54,102 nt of DNA. Origin: Ktedonobacterales bacterium. GTDB lineage: Bacteria > Chloroflexota > Ktedonobacteria > Ktedonobacterales > JACDGC01. Positions 1 through 9,751 of this stretch are shown piece by piece. Positions within the stretch are counted from its first letter, which is position 1. Each line of letters begins with the position of its first letter. The notes below the pieces were generated by a model that was given only the letters and a program-made list of their open reading frames with translations, did not search any database and was not told where the DNA came from. The translations under genes and the position numbers were made by a program. The stretch lies in NCBI GenBank assembly GCA_013815535.1, contig JACDGC010000002.1, positions 1-54,102 on the forward strand. Direction: 5' to 3'.

Positions 1-223
1 CTCCACGAACACGCGCGGTGAATCCGCCCATATCAATGGCTCCACCAATTTTACACCAACCGGGCAAAACAACCGCCTCCTCATGCCCTTTGTTGATAGA
101 CGACATCGGCGCATGCGCCCCCACGAAATGGGTGAAGAGACGATGGCCCGAGTCCTCAGCGGGCCGCACCGAAGATGTGCGTGCTGGCAGTTCCCTGATC
201 GCGGCAGGAGGGCTGCCGCGCAT
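1..223 (-). CDS. hypothetical protein, 5' part only (runs off window start)
   Basis: The minus-strand frame is open from ATG 223 (alternative GTG 226; in-frame stop at 281-283 upstream) to position 1. The peptide MRGSPPAAIRELPART...VVLPGWCKIGGAIDMGGFTARVRG looks globular. It competes with + ORF 18..236, which has no better support. No family recognised. Confidence 0.3.
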   Translation of the reverse strand, partial: MRGSPPAAIRELPARTSSVRPAEDSGHRLFTHFVGAHAPMSSINKGHEEAVVLPGWCKIGGAIDMGGFTARVRG

Positions 224-376
224 CACACGCTGGTAAGCGATGAAGTGTACTAGTCGCGCTGTGCTACACCATACGAGCGGTTAACGCCTCATCGTATCGC
301 CCTCGTTGCCGAACTCGCCAAACATGATGAGCGCTCTCAGGTGGGGGTGGATCCTCGAGAAGAGGAAAGGGGAGAG

Positions 377-2914
377 ATGACGTATCAATGGATGCGTGCC
401 TGGCGGTTCTATGACCGGGTCTATCATGTCATCGTACAAGGATGGTGGCAACTCTTCGGGAGTCTTATTCTCGGCACTCTTGCCGCTGATCTCCTCTTTG
501 GCGGTACCCAGAGCATCGGGGACCCCCGGTCGTGGTGGTTTGTGCGCGTTGGTCTGGTGAATTGGCCGTACCTGGTTGTGCTGGCCCCTCCGTTGGCGGT
601 GCTGTGGGTGCTCGCCTGGTATGGTCATCACGAGGCGCATCCGCGTGCTTCGGCCGCTCCAGTCCAGCGATTTCCGGTGCGGCGCCTGCGGGTGGCCCAG
701 GATGGCCCAGCATTGGGGTTGGGGTATCGCTCACCTCCCGCGTATTTCCCCTGGCCAGGTTATCAGGAGGCGATCCTGCAGCTGCGCCACTTCGCTCGTT
801 CCGGAGGAATCCTCGTCTTGACGGGAGTGTCCGGAGTCGGCAAGACCCGTATGGCGTTCGAGGCGGTGCGCCAGAGCTTGCCCCGCTCCTCCCTCATTCC
901 GCTCGATACCCATGTGGTATTCGCCGACCTCGATTTGCAGCCCGGTGAGCAGATCGTGCTCTGGCTTGACGATCTCGCTGAACGGGGGGCGACGGACCAG
1001 GATGCCAAGCTGCTGACGCGCCTCGTGCGGCATGCGGCAGCCCAACTGAAGATAGGTCGCTCGTTGATCGTGGTGGCGACCTGTACCACGGCGGAATTAC
1101 CCACGGTGCAAGCGCGGTATCGGTCGCTCCTGCGCGATGGCGTGTTCTTGGATGTGGCACCGGTGCTGCCCGAAGAGCCGCATTGGCTGGCATTCTTGGG
1201 GTGGGCCAAAAGCCAGCAGTTGCCGCATGATGCCGCCCAGTTTGATGGGACGCCAGGCTCGCTCATTCTCGATCTGGCCGCGCGGGTTGGGGCGTATCAA
1301 GGACTCGCAGGACCCGCACGGGCGATTCTGGATGTGGTGGCGCTGTTCTACGCTTGTGGCATTGGCAACTGGACGCGCGCTCGTGTGCAGCAAGCGGCAA
1401 CCGTTGCGTTTGATCTTGCTGCGGTCGCATGGCCAGCAGGTCTCACGGCCCTGCTCGCGGATCGCTGGTTGCTCAGTCGGGGTGCACAGGTGCAGGTGCC
1501 GATTGCCGCTTACCTGACCAGAGTGCTGCCCCGGGTTGGGCACAGCCTCGACACGCCGATCCTGCAAGATGCCCTCCACCGCTTGATCCTCTGGCATGCG
1601 ACCGCAGCGGGGCGCGATCGGATTCGTGATCTCTATGCATTGAGTGATGCCTTGGCGGCGGGTGTGGGTGCCTTCGCGGATGCGTCCGAACTCCGGCAGG
1701 CCTGTTTGACGCGGGCCTTGGATCTGCAGGCGGCTGACCAGGAGACGCCCCTGTGGGCGGGGGGCCAGCAGCGGCTGGGCGAGTTGCTGGCGACCGAGGA
1801 GGATCATCCGGCGGCCATCGTGGCGTTCCGCCAGGCGCTGCGCGGGTATCCGTTGGCGCAGTACCCGGTGGAACACGGGAGTACCCTGGTGGATCTGGGC
1901 AACAGTTTCAAGGAGGAAGGGAGTCCGGCGGATATCGAAGAGGCGATTGCCTGTTATCAAGCTGCGTTAGCCGTGTTCACGCCGCCAGACTTCCCGGTGG
2001 AACATGCGGAAATCCAAACGACCCTGGCCGACACCTTTCATCAGCGGTATGCTCAGGCACGGCACCCAGAAGACCTTGATCACTCGATTGCGTCGATGCA
2101 AGAGGCCCTCACGGTGATGCCCCGTGAAGCAGACGCTGACACTTGGGCGCAACGGCAAGACACCTTGGGTGATTACTATCGCGAGCGCGCGTTCTGGCAT
2201 CGTGGGGATGAAGCGCAGGCCGTGGTGGCGTACGAACAGGCGTTGTCGGTGTATTCTCCGGAACGAACGCTGCTGCGTTGGGCGGAAACGGCGACCGAAT
2301 TGGGGGAAGCGCTGCGGCGCCGGAGGAAGGGGGGCGTGCTCGCCAATGTCCGCCAGGCGCAGGAGGTGCATCGGCGTGTCCTCCAGTTCGTGACGCGCGA
2401 GCGCCAGTTCTGGCTGTGGGCGAATGCCTCACACCAGCTAGGACAAGACTATGCGAGTGAGGCCGCCCATGTCCGCGACCGAGACCAGCAATCGGCACTG
2501 CTTCGGCAGGCGGTCGCTGTTTACGACACGGTCCGCGAAGCGGCCGTCCCCGGAACTTTTTTTGCGGGGCTTATCGCGATCGATTTAGGGGCGGTCGCGC
2601 AACTCGAAGAGCGGTGGGAAGATGCCCTCGCGTGGTTTGATCAAGCTGCGGCAATCTTCGCTCCCGAACAGCTGCATGCCAACGCCCATAATTGGGGGCT
2701 GGCGCAAGCCGAACGAGGGGAGTGCTTCGCGGCGTTAGCGGAGCAGGCGCGTCGGGCGCACGATGGGGCGCGGTGTCACCGCTACCGCACGCAGGCCATT
2801 CAGGCGTATTCCTCGTCGTCGTCGAGCTACCTGCTGGCCCATTCCCTGATTGGGGCCGAGGGCGCACAAACGGCGCTCGCGAAGATGCACGCCTTGGCCT
2901 GTGCGCTAGCATGA
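377..2914 (+). CDS. membrane-anchored P-loop NTPase with C-terminal TPR array (STAND/NACHT-like)
   Basis: ORF 341..2914; ATG 377 is preferred because a GGAAAGGGGAGAG Shine-Dalgarno lies just upstream. Two N-terminal hydrophobic helices (WWQLFGSLILGTLAADLLFGG; WPYLVVLAPPLAVLWVLAWYG). Walker A LVLTGVSGVGKTRMA and Walker B IVLWLDDL. About 400 aa of TPR-like repeats follow (AIVAFRQAL, AIACYQAAL, AVVAYEQAL, AVAVYDTV). Confidence 0.8.
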   Translation: MTYQWMRAWRFYDRVYHVIVQGWWQLFGSLILGTLAADLLFGGTQSIGDPRSWWFVRVGLVNWPYLVVLAPPLAVLWVLAWYGHHEAHPRASAAPVQRFPVRRLRVAQDGPALGLGYRSPPAYFPWPGYQEAILQLRHFARSGGILVLTGVSGVGKTRMAFEAVRQSLPRSSLIPLDTHVVFADLDLQPGEQIVLWLDDLAERGATDQDAKLLTRLVRHAAAQLKIGRSLIVVATCTTAELPTVQARYRSLLRDGVFLDVAPVLPEEPHWLAFLGWAKSQQLPHDAAQFDGTPGSLILDLAARVGAYQGLAGPARAILDVVALFYACGIGNWTRARVQQAATVAFDLAAVAWPAGLTALLADRWLLSRGAQVQVPIAAYLTRVLPRVGHSLDTPILQDALHRLILWHATAAGRDRIRDLYALSDALAAGVGAFADASELRQACLTRALDLQAADQETPLWAGGQQRLGELLATEEDHPAAIVAFRQALRGYPLAQYPVEHGSTLVDLGNSFKEEGSPADIEEAIACYQAALAVFTPPDFPVEHAEIQTTLADTFHQRYAQARHPEDLDHSIASMQEALTVMPREADADTWAQRQDTLGDYYRERAFWHRGDEAQAVVAYEQALSVYSPERTLLRWAETATELGEALRRRRKGGVLANVRQAQEVHRRVLQFVTRERQFWLWANASHQLGQDYASEAAHVRDRDQQSALLRQAVAVYDTVREAAVPGTFFAGLIAIDLGAVAQLEERWEDALAWFDQAAAIFAPEQLHANAHNWGLAQAERGECFAALAEQARRAHDGARCHRYRTQAIQAYSSSSSSYLLAHSLIGAEGAQTALAKMHALACALA

Positions 2915-3324
2915 TGCCGCAGGGCGAGGTCGATTGGCGCGCACCACTGCCGGCAGTGGTGCTGCACACCGAGGAAGGGAACGAAAAGATGATCAATGAT
3001 CGCCAGATTGTGCTGGCGGGTGCCTCGATGGAGGTCGGATTGGCGATCCTCGACCTGCTGTGGCAGGCTGATATCGACATCGCCGCGGAAGTGGTGACTT
3101 TTTCCGGGCTGCCCCACGCGCTGCAAGCGGGCAAGCTACGACTGATGATGGTGATGGGTTGGTCGCTCGAAACGGTGCAACCCTTGGTGTACCTCGTGCA
3201 TGGACACCCAATTGAGGTCGTGTTCATTCATGAGCAGCAACCGACCGATCTGCCACCTACGTGGACCTGGCTGTCGCTTGAGCGGCTCCCTGCGTGGACG
3301 CGAGCGTGGTGGGCAGCGGCATAG
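2911..3324 (+). CDS. hypothetical protein (137 aa), translationally coupled to the NTPase-TPR gene
   Basis: ATG 2911 overlaps the upstream TGA 2912-2914 (ATGA). It is part of track ORF 2692..3324. No motif recognised; it could be a degenerate receiver-like alpha/beta domain. Confidence 0.45.
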   Translation: MMPQGEVDWRAPLPAVVLHTEEGNEKMINDRQIVLAGASMEVGLAILDLLWQADIDIAAEVVTFSGLPHALQAGKLRLMMVMGWSLETVQPLVYLVHGHPIEVVFIHEQQPTDLPPTWTWLSLERLPAWTRAWWAAA

Positions 3325-3477
3325 GTGTTCATGATCTGAACTATGGTATCCTCCCCTGTGGATGAGGACGGTGCCGCTCGATGTTGCGACAGACCCTCGA
3401 TTCGGCGAAAGGGGGGCCAACGATTGGCCCCGCGCTTGCAGACAGGACCCTATCCCATAAGGAGAGGAGGGGCACCG

Positions 3478-4143
3478 ATGTGTGGTCGCTATGTTTTGGA
3501 CAAACCGCTCGCTGAGGTGGCCGCGCGGTTTGCCGTGGCCCAACCGACGTTCGCCTTCGCGCCAAGCTATAACATCGCCCCTGGGCAACCGTTGCCCGTC
3601 GTGGTCGAGCAGGACGGGCAACGGGAACTGCGCCTGATGCATTGGGGCCTCGTGCCGCTGTGGTCAGCCACCGCCGCCCGTCCCCCAAAGGCGCTCATCA
3701 ATGCGCGCGCGGAAGGCATCGCGGCGAAGCCCAGCTTTCGGCGAGCCGTGCGAACGCAGCGGGTGCTGGTACCAGCGAGGGGGTATTATGAGTGGCAGGC
3801 GACAGCGCAGGGGAAGCAGCCGTACTTCATCCATCGACCCGATGGGGACCTGGTGAGCTTCGCCGGGCTGTATGAAGTCGCCCCAGCGGGAGGCGTGGCG
3901 ACCTTCACCATCATCACTTGCCCTGCCAATGCCCTGACTGTTTCTGTGCATCAGCGCATGCCTGCTTTGTTGCGGGATACGGCGGCGGAGGCGCACTGGC
4001 TCGATGCCACCATCACCGAGCCGCAGGAGGTCGTGCCCCTCTTGCAACCCTATCCTTCCGAGGACCTGGCGATGTATCCTGTGAGTAAGCGCGTGAGTGC
4101 CGTCGCCAACAATGGTCCCGCCCTTATCATCAATTCGGTGTAG
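3478..4143 (+). CDS. SOS-response-associated peptidase (SRAP, YedK/HMCES family)
   Basis: An internal ATG at 3478 gives the family-typical N-terminus MCGRY (catalytic Cys2). AAGGAGAGGAGG lies 5-8 nt upstream. Continues ...PSYNIAPGQP..LMHWGLVP.W...INARAE... Confidence 0.85.
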   Translation: MCGRYVLDKPLAEVAARFAVAQPTFAFAPSYNIAPGQPLPVVVEQDGQRELRLMHWGLVPLWSATAARPPKALINARAEGIAAKPSFRRAVRTQRVLVPARGYYEWQATAQGKQPYFIHRPDGDLVSFAGLYEVAPAGGVATFTIITCPANALTVSVHQRMPALLRDTAAEAHWLDATITEPQEVVPLLQPYPSEDLAMYPVSKRVSAVANNGPALIINSV

Positions 4144-4156
4144 CGATGGCCCCCTC

Positions 4157-4182
4157 GGCTCGTTCACACCTCCGAACGAGCC
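4157..4182 (+). terminator. hairpin downstream of the SRAP gene (possible terminator, no U tract)
   Basis: GGCTCGTTC-(8 nt)-GAACGAGCC, a 9-bp stem 14 nt after the stop codon. Confidence 0.3.
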
Positions 4183-4235
4183 GATGATGCGCAGCGGATC
4201 TGCTAAGGGCCAGGGAAAGCGAGGAGGGCCGGCGA

Positions 4236-4523
4236 ATGGATGTCCTGTATAACATATTGGCACAGCGCGGCGAACAGGGCTTGACGCTGACCCTGCTGGA
4301 CCCCTTAAGCATTCCGGAAGGGCCGCATACGCCGCTGCGGTTCACGCGGGGGGATGGCATCGAGGTCTCTGGGCAGGTGTACTGGCAGATGTTGCCCCTC
4401 CCCACGCCCACCGAGCGTGCGGCACTCCTGGCCCGCATCCATCGCATCGTCGAGCGCAATCCCCGCGACCCGACCGGCCCTGACTGGGATGGGACATCCC
4501 AGAATAGCACCGACCACGATTGA
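4236..4523 (+). CDS. hypothetical protein (95 aa)
   Basis: ORF with GAGGAGGG about 8 nt upstream of the ATG. No recognisable motif. Confidence 0.45.
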   Translation: MDVLYNILAQRGEQGLTLTLLDPLSIPEGPHTPLRFTRGDGIEVSGQVYWQMLPLPTPTERAALLARIHRIVERNPRDPTGPDWDGTSQNSTDHD

Positions 4524-4624
4524 GAGGCCTTTGTCCCCCACATTTAATGTGGATAGGAAATCCTACAACGCACGCAAAAAAAGGGGGAGGAGCCACTGGG
4601 GCAGCCAGGAGCTAGTTGCCCCAC

Positions 4625-5272
4625 TTAGCGCTGTGGCTTGGCGACGCTGGGATAGGCTGCTTGCCGAAAGAGGCGATTCGACGCAACCATCGCTCCGTAG
4701 CCGACCACCAGGAAGACCCCAAAGATCCCCAGGCAGTACAGCGCCACGACCCCCGCGCCGCCCACTTTGGCGGGATTGAGGAAAGGATAGGGATACCACC
4801 CGGTCAGCGCACCGCGTAGCAAGGTGGCGATGAGGTAAACCAAGGGGTAGCTGAGCCAGAGCAGCACCTGCCCGAAGGTGATGCGGAGCCAGGACGGCGC
4901 TACCAACCAATCTACGACCATCACGATCGGCATGAGGATGTGGACGATGCCGTTGACCCAGGGGAGCAAGGCCCCTAAGTCTTCACCGCGCAACAACGCG
5001 AACCAGATGAGGCCCACGATGGTCATCGCCACGGTCGCCGCGCCGCGCACCAGCTCTTGGGTGGGGCTAGGGGTCCGCTGCTGAGCGAGGGTGTACGCCC
5101 CAACGAGCAAGATGACAGCGCCAAAAATGTTCGACAGGTTGGTGAAGTACCCGAAGTAGTTGACGAGATCGAAGCCATGTTGCACATGAATAATGAGCTG
5201 CGTCACGATGGCAAAAATGGCCAGGCTCCCAAAGAAATAGCGAGAACTGAGGAGGAGGGGGCGTTGCGTCAT
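4625..5272 (-). CDS. integral membrane protein (about 6 TM; Pr6Pr/AIG1-like, tentative)
   Basis: The internal start MTQRPLLLSS at 5272 was chosen because the longer 5' extension is Cys/Arg-rich and non-protein-like. Six hydrophobic segments; FGYFTNLSNIF motif. Confidence 0.7.
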   Translation of the reverse strand: MTQRPLLLSSRYFFGSLAIFAIVTQLIIHVQHGFDLVNYFGYFTNLSNIFGAVILLVGAYTLAQQRTPSPTQELVRGAATVAMTIVGLIWFALLRGEDLGALLPWVNGIVHILMPIVMVVDWLVAPSWLRITFGQVLLWLSYPLVYLIATLLRGALTGWYPYPFLNPAKVGGAGVVALYCLGIFGVFLVVGYGAMVASNRLFRQAAYPSVAKPQR

Positions 5273-5517
5273 GAAAACGGACCTCTCTAAGATGTTGGCG
5301 CACCATCCTGGTGCCGGTGAAAAGGGATAGGACCATCCAAACACACGAAGAACTGCTTCCACTATAAGGCATCTCCGGTGGCGCGTGCAAACTGGCTGAG
5401 GGTAGATCAAGGTCATATTGCAGATGTACACCGAAATGCATAATGAGATAATAGTCTGATTGGCTGGTTAAAGACGTATCATTTCAGCTAATGAGGTAGG
5501 TGCGTTTGCAATGAACA

Positions 5518-5545
5518 CGGGTGGCTTCTAGAGCGAAGCCACCCG
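5518..5545 (-). terminator. stem-loop downstream of the 145-aa membrane protein gene
   Basis: CGGGTGGCTTC-(6 nt)-GAAGCCACCCG, an 11-bp stem 19 nt past the stop at 5564. The tail on the minus strand is GTGTTCATT. Confidence 0.4.
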
Positions 5546-5563
5546 TGAAGAGCCAGCGGTTCT

Positions 5564-6001
5564 TTATACGCCCGTGGCCCCCTTATCCGTTGCGGGCACG
5601 TAATTGACAAAGCTCAGAATCATCGCGACGAGCGCGAACAAGAAGCTGGGGATAAGAAACACGCCGAAACTGAGAATCGCGAGGCAACTTAATATTCCCA
5701 AAAACGCCGTGCCACCGGCGAGGACGATACGGGCGGTTGGTTGCCCTTTTTGTGTGCCATCGAAGTAAGCCGACACCCCGATACTCGCGAGGATGACCCC
5801 GAAAAATACCAGGAAACCAACTGTTTCGGGATGGATGCCCTGCGTGAGCAGACTCGACTGGCTGACGTGGTCTGGGCCGCCAGTCGGCGAACCAGATACA
5901 TGCGTGTAGGTCGGGCCAAAGAGGACCCAGATAAGAGCCCCGATTCCCCAGAGGCTCGCCAAGAGTCCCGCGCCAATCTCAATACCTCGTGCGACGCGCA
6001 T
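5564..6001 (-). CDS. small membrane protein (4 TM)
   Basis: AGGAGG lies 5 nt upstream of ATG 6001. Four hydrophobic helices. Confidence 0.65.
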   Translation of the reverse strand: MRVARGIEIGAGLLASLWGIGALIWVLFGPTYTHVSGSPTGGPDHVSQSSLLTQGIHPETVGFLVFFGVILASIGVSAYFDGTQKGQPTARIVLAGGTAFLGILSCLAILSFGVFLIPSFLFALVAMILSFVNYVPATDKGATGV

Positions 6002-6022
6002 ATCATCCTCCTATGGATGTTC

Positions 6023-6988
6023 CTAGGAATTCCACCAAGCTGTCTGCACTGAGATGAGGCCAGCGCAATTGCCGGTTTGTCCCGTTGATTCATTGCCGTA
6101 GCCACTGCCATCGTAGAGCAGATGGGCTTCGTTGGGGTGCATGTACACATCGGTCCAGTTTAGCAGGCAGAATGGCTTATTGCGGAAGTGGTCGGTGGTC
6201 GACTCCATCGCGTGACCACTGTTCACATACTGCATATAGCTCGAATGGCTGACTTCGTACCAACCATCCGTGCTATACCAGTAGCGATTATCCCACCCAG
6301 AACACCCGGTCACGTATCTCCCACTGGCACTATAGTAGCACCCAATGCTATCAGTGACATCGGCGAGGTCGATGTAGACCGGATCGGTGAAATACGTTTC
6401 CATATTAAAGGTGGTGTAGGGTAACGAGCTACCGCCACCACCGCCACCACAACTCAGTTGTGGACTGATCTTTCCAACTTGAACGCAGGCGTTGGGAGCA
6501 ATGCTCTGCGTCTTTTGCTGGCTGCTTTCCGCTGGCAATTTTTTGTTCATAAACAAGCTGGTGGCGGCACCAACGGCGACAAGCTCAGTATGGGCGCTAA
6601 GATTGTAGCCAAACGTGATCATGGCGATCCGCACCCCTTTGCCCGCCGGATAGCCCTGAACATCGAAGTGATACGTGCTGCCATCCCACATCCCAGCCAC
6701 TTGGAAAAATTGGGGATTGAGCAGCCGCGCCTGGACATCGGCCAATTTACCAGCGAACTGCCCGCCAGCTTGCTGATACGTTGCTGCTGAGGGGAGCAGT
6801 GTGAGGGTCCCGCCCACTTCCCCCCCTGGGACGGGGAACCGTGCTGGCTGCATCGTTCCCATCATTCCCATCATTCCCATTGCGCTCTGCGTTTGGGGCA
6901 AAGCCGTGGGCGACAATTGGGAGACGATACCCACACCCGCAATCAGGAGGCTCACCACCAGACATACCTTCAACCACATACCATTCAT
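6023..6988 (-). CDS. secreted or membrane-anchored protein with a Gly6 linker and a Cys/aromatic-rich C-terminal domain
   Basis: N-terminal signal/anchor MNGMWLKVCLVVSLLIAGVGIV (the start may be the second ATG at 6979). Contains MGMMGMMG and GGGGGG linkers. The C-terminal 130 aa are rich in Y/W/C. No family recognised. Confidence 0.65.
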   Translation of the reverse strand: MNGMWLKVCLVVSLLIAGVGIVSQLSPTALPQTQSAMGMMGMMGTMQPARFPVPGGEVGGTLTLLPSAATYQQAGGQFAGKLADVQARLLNPQFFQVAGMWDGSTYHFDVQGYPAGKGVRIAMITFGYNLSAHTELVAVGAATSLFMNKKLPAESSQQKTQSIAPNACVQVGKISPQLSCGGGGGGSSLPYTTFNMETYFTDPVYIDLADVTDSIGCYYSASGRYVTGCSGWDNRYWYSTDGWYEVSHSSYMQYVNSGHAMESTTDHFRNKPFCLLNWTDVYMHPNEAHLLYDGSGYGNESTGQTGNCAGLISVQTAWWNS

Positions 6989-7303
6989 CTCCTGGAGCGA
7001 CGCGGAAAATGCGCCACTCGGTTGGGGGGAGAAATTCCGGTGAGCACCTGCTCATTTCTCCCGGTTTTGCTGGATAACGGTGGCGTGCAACCCGGTGTTG
7101 CAACGCTCTATCTCACATCGGTCCAGCGAGGGGCCGATGGTGAAAGACGAAAACAGAGATGCTGCGGTGTTGCGTCCCCAGTGGGATGGCTCTTCCAACG
7201 CTAGCAATTAAGCAGTATTTTTTTGGGAAAACGAACTGTAGTATCTCCCCTCTGCTATGCAAGGAAGGGAAATTTTGGGTGATGCAGGATATCCTCAGCC
7301 TGT

Positions 7304-8407
7304 TTATTTGCTTGCTTGCCGGCCGGTGAGCTCCACATACGACTGGCCGCTCACGGTTTGCCCCTTGAGCGTGCCTGTGACGGTGCAGGCGCCTTCCCAG
7401 TAGGAGGTGCCAGCGCTCGCATTCTGGGCGACGAATTCCTGATTGAGCAAATCGGGGGTAATCGTCAATTGGCCGTCAGGCACGCTTAGGTGCCAGCCGG
7501 AGGGATACGTGATGTGGGTCGTTGGACTGGTCCATTGGTGTAAGGCGACTTCCGCCAAACCCATCGTGAGCGGCGTCGACGTGCCGTCCGCCGCAACCCG
7601 TGTTGCGCCACTGTAACTCGTATTGCTGGTGCGATCATTGAGGAAGAAGACCATGTATTCCACATTGGTGGACAACTGCACGGAAAACCAGTCCCAACTA
7701 ATCGCGGGGCCAATGAGGAAATTGCCCCATTGATGATCCATCCAGGCGATCCCGGTGACGGGGACGCTCACCCCATGATCCATCAGCGTCCCTGTTGCCT
7801 GGAGATGCGTGCGGGAGTAGTAGTAGGAGAATCCTATCCCAAATGAGGTCAAGAGTCCATCACCATTGTGCAGGGCCACTCCCGGCTTGTTTGAGGTCAG
7901 GCCGAGCGTGAGCGCATAGTCATCCGCTGCGGCGGTGAGCTGCTCGTGGCCGTTGAGGCCGTGCATCGACCAGGCATTGACCTGGAGGTTGAAGCCCGTA
8001 TCAGGCGGGGACGATTCGTTGCGTAAGACTGCATTGGGATCGCTCACAATCTGTTGCTGGCTGATATAGGTGCCGCGCGTCAGGTCGGTGAGGCCGTAAT
8101 GGCCCACGTAGCCGGTCAGGTCGCCCCGCGCGATCTGGAAGAAGGTGAGTTCGAAGCCATACGTGTGCGCGTGTCCCATGGCATCCGTTCCTTGGAGATG
8201 GCCCGTGTAGTACCACCACTCCGTGAGATCCTGGTGCGGCCCCTCATCAAAGGGGAGGCTGAGACCGGGCAGGGGCGTCGGCGATGGGGTGGCCTGGGCA
8301 GCAGGCAAAGCCTGCCCTGGTGGAATCATCCCAGGAAAACTGCACCCCGCCAGGACGAGACAGCCGAGCAAAAAGGCGTACCGCAACCAACGATACCAAG
8401 GAATCAT
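7304..8407 (-). CDS. AttH / CrtC (hydroxyneurosporene-synthase-like, lipocalin-type) lipoprotein
   Basis: Lipobox LVLAGC. LTEWWYYTGHL and AWMDHQWGNF motifs typical of the AttH/CrtC family. ATG 8407 is preferred over TTG 8425. Confidence 0.8.
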   Translation of the reverse strand: MIPWYRWLRYAFLLGCLVLAGCSFPGMIPPGQALPAAQATPSPTPLPGLSLPFDEGPHQDLTEWWYYTGHLQGTDAMGHAHTYGFELTFFQIARGDLTGYVGHYGLTDLTRGTYISQQQIVSDPNAVLRNESSPPDTGFNLQVNAWSMHGLNGHEQLTAAADDYALTLGLTSNKPGVALHNGDGLLTSFGIGFSYYYSRTHLQATGTLMDHGVSVPVTGIAWMDHQWGNFLIGPAISWDWFSVQLSTNVEYMVFFLNDRTSNTSYSGATRVAADGTSTPLTMGLAEVALHQWTSPTTHITYPSGWHLSVPDGQLTITPDLLNQEFVAQNASAGTSYWEGACTVTGTLKGQTVSGQSYVELTGRQASK

Positions 8408-8421
8408 CGAGGCACCTGCTT

Positions 8422-9714
8422 TCAAGCGATATCGAAACGTGAAGCGACCAGCGTGGGATCAAGGGTGGCTGCCGTGTGCATCCGGCGAAAGGCCGCGGCG
8501 ACCAATTCGAGATAATGAACCTCTTGTGCACTAAACGAGGGTGGATGTAAGAGGGTGGCGAACGGTGCCATTTTTGATGGGGCGCGTTGTGGTCCATGCT
8601 GCGTCGGGACATAGTTGGCCAGCGCAATGACCAGTTGTGCGGCGTCGTGTTGCGCGAGGCGTTCGACTTCCATGACGCGGCGATTGGGGGGTGTGCTGGC
8701 AGTATCCGGTTGGTTGACCACCTCTTGGATGTTGACGATCCAAGCGCGCTGACCTGTTTGGCTGCCTAACGTGAGGTCGAGGCGATGCATGGCATCCAAG
8801 ATCTCGACAATACGCGCATCACGCAGTAAATCGACGCGGTTTTGTAAGACGGTGGCAAGCCATGGCATGGTCACTGGCGGAATGACTTCAGGAATCGTGG
8901 AGGTCAGGGTATGCCAGAGCGGGTACAAGCGCGTGACGGTCATGATGCTCCAGGCCCGTTCCCCAAAGCGGCGCAAACGGATGCCTGGGTTTTCCACCAG
9001 GCGCGCTCCCAAATAGTACACGATCAGGAGCACACAGATATTGAGAAAAGTGGCCAAGCCTAAGTAGGTAGCCACTGGCGAAGCAGCGGGTGTCCACAAA
9101 CCAATGAATGCCAGGAGGCTATTGAGGAGACCCAGATAGTTTACGACCAGAAAACAGTAATTTCCGGTCTTGAAACTTGGTACGGGGGTAATGCGCGCGA
9201 ACCGTCGGTTGAATGACGCGATGCGGAGATAGATGATGCACATGTAAACCAAGCAGGCTAATGAAACGATAATCAGATCGCCGTTTTGCTGGGGGTCTTT
9301 GGCGAACCAGGTCGTTGTTTCTTGTTCCCCTGCGGCCACGGCGCGCAGGAAAAAGATCACCATGATGCTCATCGTGATGAGCAGTAATCCCAGGAAGCGA
9401 CGTTGGCTCTGGCGCGCGTCAGGGCTCTGCCACCCATACATAATCGCGGTACAGTAGACATTGACGTAATAGCCACTGAGCATCAAGCAGAGATTAAAGC
9501 TCTGGTGGGCAAGGAGCCGAACATTGGTTGAAACGCTGACTGGTAAGAGGTCGGCGAGCATTGGCACGAAGAGCAAGATGAGGATCCCCCCCATCATCAA
9601 CAGACCGACCAGCCAGATGCTGAAGCGGTAGGGATTGGGCGCGCGCCAAAAGCGGAAGGTGGCTTGTACCGCATACGCGAGAATGAACACCGCTGGAATG
9701 AAAGCGACAAGCAT
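8422..9714 (-). CDS. polytopic membrane protein with a soluble C-terminal domain (resembles the MAB_1171c-type putative transporters, tentative)
   Basis: About 8 hydrophobic helices, then a 130-aa hydrophilic tail. Its stop lies 15 nt before the AttH start, so the two are co-transcribed. Confidence 0.75.
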   Translation of the reverse strand: MLVAFIPAVFILAYAVQATFRFWRAPNPYRFSIWLVGLLMMGGILILLFVPMLADLLPVSVSTNVRLLAHQSFNLCLMLSGYYVNVYCTAIMYGWQSPDARQSQRRFLGLLLITMSIMVIFFLRAVAAGEQETTTWFAKDPQQNGDLIIVSLACLVYMCIIYLRIASFNRRFARITPVPSFKTGNYCFLVVNYLGLLNSLLAFIGLWTPAASPVATYLGLATFLNICVLLIVYYLGARLVENPGIRLRRFGERAWSIMTVTRLYPLWHTLTSTIPEVIPPVTMPWLATVLQNRVDLLRDARIVEILDAMHRLDLTLGSQTGQRAWIVNIQEVVNQPDTASTPPNRRVMEVERLAQHDAAQLVIALANYVPTQHGPQRAPSKMAPFATLLHPPSFSAQEVHYLELVAAAFRRMHTAATLDPTLVASRFDIA

Positions 9715-9751
9715 ATCCGTTCCTTGTCTTGTTTACTTCGATAAACAACGA

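Noticed and set aside
18-236. Track ORF (72 aa, + strand) at the window start.
   Set aside because: No RBS or motif. The opposite strand carries a more protein-like open frame running off the window, itself reported only at low confidence.
3328-3349. GTTC-N7-GAAC-N4-GTAT upstream of the SRAP gene, a possible LexA (GAAC-N4-GTTC type) box.
   Set aside because: Only one half-site matches the Cheo-box type consensus. Too weak to call without a known LexA motif for this organism.
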